Shown here: positions 57,114-64,000 of the stretch, piece by piece | How positions within the stretch are numbered: the first letter of the stretch is position 1 | Layout of the letters: each line of letters starts with the position of its first letter | From: Desulfotomaculaceae bacterium | Lineage (GTDB): Bacteria; Bacillota; Desulfotomaculia; Desulfotomaculales; Pelotomaculaceae | NCBI GenBank assembly: GCA_028709235.1 | Contig: JAQVXL010000002.1 | Span: 9,633-73,632, forward strand | DNA: 64,000 bases | Reading direction: 5' to 3' | Notes under the pieces: model-generated | What the model was told of the DNA's origin: nothing | The model's database searches: none | The model's input: the letters and a program-made list of their open reading frames with translations, nothing else | Program-made: the position numbers and the translations under genes

Positions 57114-59678
57114 TTACAATACATTTCTTGTTTTTTTGTGGTCAACCTCGATAGCGCCTTCCCACACCAGGCTGATAAATAAACGGGCAATCTCCGGATC
57201 GAATTGTGTCCCGGCATGGTTTTCTATCTCGTTAAGGGCGGAATTAACATTTAAGGTGGCTCTATACGGGCGATCCGAAGTCAGCGCGTCAAAGGCGTCA
57301 GTTACCGCCAAGCACCTGGCCAGCATAGGAATATTGTCACCCTTCAACCCCCTTGGATAACCCTTGCCGTCCCATCTTTCATGGTGTCCAAGAACAGCCG
57401 GTATTACATGGTTCATGGACGGCAGGTGCTTGATAATAGTAATAGACATTTCCACATGTTTTTTGACTATTTCATACTCTTCCATAGTCAGTCTGCCTGT
57501 CTTGGTCAGAATGTTCTCCGGTATGCCTATCTTACCCACGTCATGCAGCAAGGCCGCCTCTTTGACAATCTCCAGGTGCGACTTGTCCAGGCCCAGGGCG
57601 CCTGCCAGAACGGTCGCGTACTCAGCGACTCTCTGAGAATGCCCGAAAGTATAATGGTCCTTGGCGTCAATAGCTGCTGTCAGCGCATATATTGTCGCAG
57701 TATTAGCGGGTTTGATGGTTGATAGACTATCATTTCTTTCAGTCTCATCAGGTGAGAAATCGAACTGCGGGGTATATACGACCGTCTTGTTCTTTCCGCT
57801 GTTCTTAGCGGTATACAGCGCCAAATCGGCTCGCTTCAACAACTCCTCGCCGTTGGCAGCGGCATGGGGGTAGGTACAGACGCCAATGCTGGCTGTCAAA
57901 AAACGCTGAGTCACATCGGCTATGTTAAAAAATGTCCTCTGGATCTCCAGCCGTATTTTTTCAGCCAGGTCATAAGCCCTTTTGGAATCAAAATAAGGCA
58001 GTATAATAGCAAATTCTTCACCGCCATAACGGCAGGGAATACCCTTTTGACCGACAAGTCTAACCATGATCGAAGCAACCTTCTCCAGTGCTTTATCTCC
58101 TTCGAAATGACCGTACAGGTCATTATAGAGCTTGAACAAATCCAAATCGAAAAGCAACAAGGACAGCTCCGCCGAACCGACTTTTTCCACATGTTCCGAC
58201 AGCGCTTTGCGGAAATACCTATGGTTATACAAATTAGTAAGGCTGTCTGTTAAGGCCTCGGCCTTGGCGCGGTTAAAAAGCCTGGCATTGTCAAAAACAA
58301 TCGCGCTGGAGGCGCCGAGGTAGGTGAGCAGATCCAGATCATCAAGAGTATAGGCGGTACGATTAATTTTATCCGTCAGCAGCAACATTCCGATTAAATC
58401 TTTCCTGCTCTTAATGGGAATGATAACCTCGATATCCATGTCGTTGAGCAACTTCTTTTCTTTTTCCCACATGGATAAGAAATGAGGCAGGGAGTACAGT
58501 TCTTCTCTTGTCAGGCTGGTGTTGTTGCCAATCAGCCATTTGACAATCGGATTGTCAAATGGAATATGGATATCCGGTTTGCATACTTTTGAGGATGTAC
58601 AAAAGACATGGTAATACGCCCGCTCTTCATTTTTCAACATAAGCAGTACTTCCTTGGCACGGATAGCCTGCAGCACAGCCCCAATCAACTCCGCGGCCAT
58701 ATCGTTCAGATCCAGCTTGTTGGAGATGCTGTTACTGAATTGTTTAAGGGCCTGCCGCTGGGAATAATCCGCTTTATAGAACATCCTGTCGACCAGTTTA
58801 TTGGTAAACCTGTACAGCGGTTGGAAGACCACAGCGATCAGAAGCGCGGAAAAAGTAATAAAATAAGTTGATAGCTGCTGATATAAACTACCAATGTTTT
58901 TCTCAAAAAAGAAAACAGTATAAACATATATGCCTGTGAGAAGAACTAAAAATATGGAATAAACCAAACCCTTTGTTAACATAAAGCGCAATTCCAGCAT
59001 GCGGTATTTGTAAATTGCATATACAATAAGCAGGGCATTGATAAAACATGCCAGAATATCCACCGGGTACTTTCCTATCGCTTGAATAAGGTTGAAAATT
59101 ACGCCGACGAACATGATTAACAACCCGGCTATTATCGGAACAATCTGGCTGTAGGTGGTTTTACCCTCTTTCAGGTAATGGCGCACTTTATATATAATGA
59201 AAAACATGAATATAAGCATAAATATGTATAATGGTGGCGCCATCTCACCCAACACATAGTAAAATTCAGTTGATGTAAATGATATTCCATATTCCGTAAC
59301 AGTAGTTGTAAGTACACCGGCGTCTATGACTACGAGGCCGAACAGGTTTAATACCACTGCCGCAACCGTCAGGACGCCCCAGAAAGCCAACTGCAGATAA
59401 TTGATGGAATTCGTAAATACAGAGATGAAGCAATACAGTAAAAACGGAACGGTCAGCATGCCCATGACCATTGCCCTGTTCCAGAAAAGCACTCCGGGAT
59501 AGAGCTGCATTTTCATAAACAGTGAGGAGGCCGTCCAAACAATTAGGGCGGCCAAAAGCAGCATAAAAACACGGATAAACTTATCCTTCTTGGATAGGAA
59601 AAAAAACATCATCATCAGACAATAGCTGGCTAATGCGATTATTGGCACTGCCCAGAAGAATATTTGCAAAAGCGGCAT
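57114..59678 (-). CDS. 7TM-sensor (HisKA_7TM-like) GAF-like GGDEF + HD-GYP protein
   Basis: About 8 N-terminal TM segments; DSLTNLYNHRYF, DLDLFKLYNDLYGHFEGD and RYGGEEF; AKDHYTFGHSQRV, LLHDVGKIGIP and HHERWDGKGYP. Confidence 0.92.
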   Translation of the reverse strand: MPLLQIFFWAVPIIALASYCLMMMFFFLSKKDKFIRVFMLLLAALIVWTASSLFMKMQLYPGVLFWNRAMVMGMLTVPFLLYCFISVFTNSINYLQLAFWGVLTVAAVVLNLFGLVVIDAGVLTTTVTEYGISFTSTEFYYVLGEMAPPLYIFMLIFMFFIIYKVRHYLKEGKTTYSQIVPIIAGLLIMFVGVIFNLIQAIGKYPVDILACFINALLIVYAIYKYRMLELRFMLTKGLVYSIFLVLLTGIYVYTVFFFEKNIGSLYQQLSTYFITFSALLIAVVFQPLYRFTNKLVDRMFYKADYSQRQALKQFSNSISNKLDLNDMAAELIGAVLQAIRAKEVLLMLKNEERAYYHVFCTSSKVCKPDIHIPFDNPIVKWLIGNNTSLTREELYSLPHFLSMWEKEKKLLNDMDIEVIIPIKSRKDLIGMLLLTDKINRTAYTLDDLDLLTYLGASSAIVFDNARLFNRAKAEALTDSLTNLYNHRYFRKALSEHVEKVGSAELSLLLFDLDLFKLYNDLYGHFEGDKALEKVASIMVRLVGQKGIPCRYGGEEFAIILPYFDSKRAYDLAEKIRLEIQRTFFNIADVTQRFLTASIGVCTYPHAAANGEELLKRADLALYTAKNSGKNKTVVYTPQFDFSPDETERNDSLSTIKPANTATIYALTAAIDAKDHYTFGHSQRVAEYATVLAGALGLDKSHLEIVKEAALLHDVGKIGIPENILTKTGRLTMEEYEIVKKHVEMSITIIKHLPSMNHVIPAVLGHHERWDGKGYPRGLKGDNIPMLARCLAVTDAFDALTSDRPYRATLNVNSALNEIENHAGTQFDPEIARLFISLVWEGAIEVDHKKTRNVL

Positions 59679-61291
59679 TAAATTACCTCTTTCCCATTTA
59701 CACCGCGCGAAATTTTTAAAACCTTCAAGATATCGTAATGAGACGGATTTATCTTTCTAAGCCTCCGCCCATAAGTATCGTAGTATTGACTGATAGTACC
59801 GGTCGGTATGATTGACACTGTCAGGGGGTCAATTCCCAGCAGGTATTTCAAATCATTATAATCGGTGTCAACATACCGAAAATATATTGAAAGGTGTTCC
59901 CTGATGATGTCCCTGGTCGCCGCCGCGCCGTGCAGCCCTTGCGCCCCCACTTCAACATAGAGGTGTATAAAAGCCCTGTTATGCTCGTCAAATTCCTTGA
60001 CAGCAAACCAATCATTAATATCGAGCTTGGAAAGTTTTATAGCATCACTGATGGTTACCTCTGAAATACGTGTAAAACCGGCCAGATCTATAATTCTCGG
60101 ATCCCGGTCAATATAGGCGAAGTGCGGCAGCGCGACACCTTCTTCCTCATTACCCAGAGACAGGCATTTAAAAATATCACCGATCCTGTACCGGGCGAAA
60201 GCGCCTCCTTTTAAACTTGATATCACCAGCTCATATTCATTTCCCGGTACCAGTTCGTCCAGGAGATATGTATTCGGCACATAGGAAGGATCATCAATAT
60301 TCTTTTCCAACTCTGATTTTGGAATAAATTCATAAAAACAGACATCGGGGAAAAAGACCATACCGTCCTTACTCCAGGTTTCCGTGGCAATACAGGTGGG
60401 TTCCGTACCGCCAAAGATCTCCAGGGGCTTGACTCCCCAATAATCCTCTATCTTCTTTTTTAAGCTCGCGCTATCTGTACCGGAACAGATCAATCCTTTT
60501 AGGGTCCAGATATCCTTTGGCCTGATAGGTTCTTTATTATGTTTGCTGTTACTCCAGGCTTTTAATAAGCGATAATTCATTTTCGGCGAATTCTTAAAAA
60601 AACTTGAGCGACTACCGGAACCGCCTGAAGCGAAGGTTTCACTTATTTTCGCGATGACGCTGCTCAAGCCGAAAAACAGGTCGATACCCTTTTGCAGGCC
60701 CATTTTGAAACCAGTTTTATTTCTCTGCCCAAAACTCATTTTCTCCGCTTCATTTGTCGGCGGCAGAAAATTTATTGACAATTCACCGGAAATGACATGG
60801 GGCACAATACCTGTAAGGTAAGGCAGCGGCGCCATGCCATAGAGGAAATTTTCTCCTCCCCTTAATGTGAAATGCCCTTTTTTGCTGCTGGTGGCCAGGA
60901 TCATGCAGGTGATAAAAGTATTTTTGTGACATTTAATCATGCTCTCGGTATAGGGAGCTGTTTTAATCGGTTTATCGCCGCCTTCCCAGGTTGTTTCAAT
61001 CCACAGCACGGGCTTTGTGGGCAGAGCTGATTCCACCTTTTGCAGTAAGATATCCGCATAATCGTCATAAGTGGTAAGGGGAACATCCTGCCTGTATTCC
61101 TCTACACTGGCCGGCTTTTTCCCCTTCATGATCCGCCAGCCAAGCTCACAATTGGCGTACAAATCAAGCTGTTCCAACATAAGCCGGTTTTGGATCTCCA
61201 TAAAACCGGCTAATGGAAGATCTAAAAAACCGCAGTACTGTTGCCAGATTTGATCATATTGTTTTTTACGAAGTTTTTGATCCAGATTCAT
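59678..61291 (-). CDS. GH3-family acyl-acid amido synthetase-like protein
   Basis: VPLTTYDDY, ETTWEGG..KTAPYT (divergent motif I), FGGTE (motif II), CFYEFIP, YELVIS...FARYRIGD (motif III); TAATG overlap with the downstream gene. Confidence 0.85.
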   Translation of the reverse strand: MNLDQKLRKKQYDQIWQQYCGFLDLPLAGFMEIQNRLMLEQLDLYANCELGWRIMKGKKPASVEEYRQDVPLTTYDDYADILLQKVESALPTKPVLWIETTWEGGDKPIKTAPYTESMIKCHKNTFITCMILATSSKKGHFTLRGGENFLYGMAPLPYLTGIVPHVISGELSINFLPPTNEAEKMSFGQRNKTGFKMGLQKGIDLFFGLSSVIAKISETFASGGSGSRSSFFKNSPKMNYRLLKAWSNSKHNKEPIRPKDIWTLKGLICSGTDSASLKKKIEDYWGVKPLEIFGGTEPTCIATETWSKDGMVFFPDVCFYEFIPKSELEKNIDDPSYVPNTYLLDELVPGNEYELVISSLKGGAFARYRIGDIFKCLSLGNEEEGVALPHFAYIDRDPRIIDLAGFTRISEVTISDAIKLSKLDINDWFAVKEFDEHNRAFIHLYVEVGAQGLHGAAATRDIIREHLSIYFRYVDTDYNDLKYLLGIDPLTVSIIPTGTISQYYDTYGRRLRKINPSHYDILKVLKISRGVNGKEVI

Positions 61292-61311
61292 ATGCGACCC
61301 CCTGTTCAAGG

Positions 61312-61860
61312 TTATGCATTCTTTATACTGGCAAGATTGGGGATCAGGAATGGGACTTCTTTCTTGTACTGGTCATAACCATTTAAAGCAGCAGGGAAGA
61401 ACCAGCGATCTTGAACATAAACATAAATTATATCCATAATAGTCCAAATGATCCCCCCCCACATCATCATTATTTTTCCTGATGCCAGCCAGAGGAAAAG
61501 GTAAAAAAGGAAAAACCAGATCACGCCCGGATGCCGGCAGAGAGCGTACATGCCACTGTCCACAACAGTTTTTCCCCGTCCTGCCTCCTGGTAAGTTAAA
61601 CTAAATGGCAGCGCGGCAAATAAAGTATAGAGAAGCATCAAGAGCGCACCAATTGACAGCGCCCCGAAAAACACTTTTAGATAAGTGAAAACTGAAAAAC
61701 CCCCATAATCCCCCAACAAAATACCGGCGGTGGAGGCGGCCAATAAAAGGAGGCCGGCAGCAAAACTGATGTTAAGACCTTTTTTATGAAACCTGACTTT
61801 ATTGAGATCAAAAATGTAGAAAAATATAAAAGCCAGACAACCGGTTAAAATAAATACCAT
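61312..61860 (-). CDS. ICMT/PEMT-like integral membrane methyltransferase
   Basis: Several TMs; VVDSGMYALCRHPGVIW and YDQYKKEVPFLIP match the ICMT/PEMT C-terminal SAM-binding signature. Confidence 0.8.
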   Translation of the reverse strand: MVFILTGCLAFIFFYIFDLNKVRFHKKGLNISFAAGLLLLAASTAGILLGDYGGFSVFTYLKVFFGALSIGALLMLLYTLFAALPFSLTYQEAGRGKTVVDSGMYALCRHPGVIWFFLFYLFLWLASGKIMMMWGGIIWTIMDIIYVYVQDRWFFPAALNGYDQYKKEVPFLIPNLASIKNA

Positions 61861-62085
61861 ATATTACACACCCGATCATATATTAGTAATATTTTATATT
61901 GACAATAGCAATTCCTGCTTTTGTCAGTTAAAATTATAGTTTTCACTATATTGTCATTATTTGCCTCATTTTACAGGGACAAAAAAACTCGCTGTAAAAA
62001 ACAAGTTTATCATTAACTTTAGATATTGAACATTGCTCTTTTATCTAATTTTTTCCCAGAGCAATACTATATTTTTTATTAATAC

Positions 62086-63648
62086 TTAAATAACCGGGGT
62101 CCTTAGCGGCGGGAAGTTACCCCTGTAGAATATATCGATTACAGCCTGCTCCATACTGCTGTAACTATCAAAAATGCCAGGGATACCTTTTAACGTGAGC
62201 CTGGTTTGCTTTAAATCGAATATTGAAAGAATGCTGTTAATCGCTTTAGCTGGTTTAAACTCTTTGCGGGACTGCAAATATGCCAGAATGTCATGCCCTT
62301 CCAGCCAATCCTGCCCCGTTAAATAATGGGGGTCGTATTCAATTATGGTGCATTTCTTTTCTTCGATTTTTTCCCCGGAAAGCGACGAAGCAATAAATAC
62401 TTTTTCAGAGATATCGTCCCTGGGCATGCTGTAGCCAGCGAAGATTATATGTTTGGCATGTTTTATCAAAAGGCCCATTTCTGTCTTGATCTCCTCGAGG
62501 GGAGCTATGGGTCTCTTTTTTATTACAGTTTGCAGTTCCAGCGGCATATCGTAGGGATAGGTCTTTTGGTCACAAAAGGGGCATTTGATCACACCCATGT
62601 CATTTTCCTCACCCTCGTTATATTGCCAGCCCTGCTGCAATTCTGCAACTAGTGAAGGGCCGAAAACAAGAGCGGAGTGCCTGTCCCAAACATGGCCGAA
62701 AGATATTACCAGCTTGCCGCATTGGGGGCACTGTCTCGAGCCAAAAATACCGTGTGGATAAAGGAGCTTGCCCATCCTCATGATCCTGGAAGGATACTTA
62801 CTATCATTTATTTTTATCGCCTGGGTCTCATTGGCGGAATACACAATTACGTTACTATTTGTACCAATATTTCGCGTGGCAATTGTTGTCCCCAGGTCCA
62901 TAAACAGGTGCAACGGCAGGTTATTTCCCAAATATGGCGGGCTGTCGTTCCTATTTTCATGGGCGTTGAACAGGGCCCATATTATTAATGGATCCCAGTT
63001 GAACGAAACTATAGCATAAGAAAACAGGTAGAAATCCCGTGTGTCTTCCTTAAAGCCCATTTTCTCATACTCGAATGCTTCCCTGATCATTAATTCCGCC
63101 AGGACATCGGCAAAGTCATGATAAAACTGAGCATTACTGATCTTGGACTGGGTGCCGCCCTGGACGGCCACTCTTTCCAATTCTTCTGTTAATAATTTAA
63201 GGCAGTTCTTAGCCGTGCTAACTCTTGGCTGCTCAATGAAGTATTCTTCTTCTTGATCATTAAGCGTTTCAATCCCAAGTTTGTTATCGATAAGCTGGTC
63301 AATCAGCGTAAATAATTCCTGCAGGTTTAAATTGGCTTTGCAGCCGGTATCAATATCCAGTGACTTCGGGCTGCTCTTAGCAATATACCTGAGGGCTTCC
63401 AGATCATAGGTCCTGGACAACTGCTCATCACTGCATAATTGAGACAACAGCTTATTAAACCCATCCTTGAGCTGGTCTGAGATAGATATTCCCGGAAAAA
63501 GCCTGGAGTAATCCAAGCGGAAGCCCGGGAACGGCTGCTTCAGAATATGAGTCAGCGCCCGGGCAATGTCACTGTTGGTCAGAAGCCCGGCGCTTTTTGT
63601 TGCGCCGGCTCCCCATAATACTACCGTCTCCGGCCATGCGTTTTTCAT
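62086..63648 (-). CDS. Stand-alone SIR2-like protein with Zn-ribbon inserts
   Basis: VVLWGAGAT, IVSFNWDPL, LLYPHG and IIFAGYSMPRDD match the SIR2-like GAGxS / TxNYD / KLHG / GYSxxD series; CPQC and CPFC pairs. Confidence 0.75.
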   Translation of the reverse strand: MKNAWPETVVLWGAGATKSAGLLTNSDIARALTHILKQPFPGFRLDYSRLFPGISISDQLKDGFNKLLSQLCSDEQLSRTYDLEALRYIAKSSPKSLDIDTGCKANLNLQELFTLIDQLIDNKLGIETLNDQEEEYFIEQPRVSTAKNCLKLLTEELERVAVQGGTQSKISNAQFYHDFADVLAELMIREAFEYEKMGFKEDTRDFYLFSYAIVSFNWDPLIIWALFNAHENRNDSPPYLGNNLPLHLFMDLGTTIATRNIGTNSNVIVYSANETQAIKINDSKYPSRIMRMGKLLYPHGIFGSRQCPQCGKLVISFGHVWDRHSALVFGPSLVAELQQGWQYNEGEENDMGVIKCPFCDQKTYPYDMPLELQTVIKKRPIAPLEEIKTEMGLLIKHAKHIIFAGYSMPRDDISEKVFIASSLSGEKIEEKKCTIIEYDPHYLTGQDWLEGHDILAYLQSRKEFKPAKAINSILSIFDLKQTRLTLKGIPGIFDSYSSMEQAVIDIFYRGNFPPLRTPVI

Positions 63649-63773
63649 TTATAACACCTTAATTCTAAAAATGATGCAAAACCCTGCATGGTCACGTATT
63701 CTGCTTTAATCACATTCTAACCCATACTCATGTTCCTATCAACCAGTTTAATTATACAGAAATTGTCGACATG

Positions 63774-63811
63774 CAAAGCGTGCCGGGAAGACGCTCCTCC
63801 GGCACGCTTTG
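63774..63811 (-). terminator. Hairpin after the upstream partial gene
   Basis: caaagcgtgccgg / ccggcacgctttg 13-bp stem. Confidence 0.55.
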
Positions 63812-63892
63812 TTCAACCGCTTTTAAACTGTCCGGAAACAACAGTAAAGCTCCGTTTTATTTATTAGTTGATTGTGGATTATCGGGATAGAT

Positions 63893-64000
63893 CTATGCCG
63901 GATACCGCAGCCCCTCGACCTGTAATTCCTGATATACGAACCTGTCACCCTCCAGGGAAATCCTCACCCCTGCCGGATCGATAACAGCCCATTTTAAAAT
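63893..64000 (-). CDS. 3' end of an unidentified gene entering from the window edge
   Basis: Open frame ILKWAVIDPAGVRISLEGDRFVYQELQVEGLRYPA* followed by a hairpin. Confidence 0.5.
   Translation of the reverse strand: MLKWAVIDPAGVRISLEGDRFVYQELQVEGLRYPA

Overview
Chromosomal window from an anaerobic, probably spore-forming Clostridia-class Firmicute (Peptococcaceae/Syntrophomonadaceae-like; inferred from gene content only). Core or metabolic genes: porCDAB, split metH, galT, dapL, a minimal sufC/sufB pair, an acyl-CoA transferase with a divergent LysR, a MarR-ABC exporter pair and a nucleoside kinase. Accessory patches: (i) an arsenic cluster (arsR-ArsP-like permease-thioredoxin-like-CMD-arsM) separated from a frameshifted acr3 by IS3, lplA and pseudogene debris; (ii) three Cys-rich paralogues behind a sigmaK-like promoter; (iii) a PaaK-like ligase, amidohydrolase and DASS transporter cluster; (iv) a selenocysteine peroxiredoxin followed by an unannotated 35-codon CxxU membrane micro-ORF; (v) an Rph-like rifamycin phosphotransferase; (vi) an ~11 kb block bracketed by a 96-bp direct repeat, holding a deleted MNT-HEPN toxin-antitoxin, MerR, a SWIM pair, ECF/anti-sigma and BlaI/M56, with one repeat copy split by an intact ISL3; (vii) a coupled ICMT-like methyltransferase, GH3 amido-synthetase and 7TM-GGDEF-HD-GYP operon, next to a standalone SIR2-like gene. 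I found no rRNA, tRNA or CRISPR array. Best novelty candidates: the CxxU micro-selenoprotein and the GH3/methyltransferase/c-di-GMP receptor module. All family calls come from motif recognition by eye; no database search was run.
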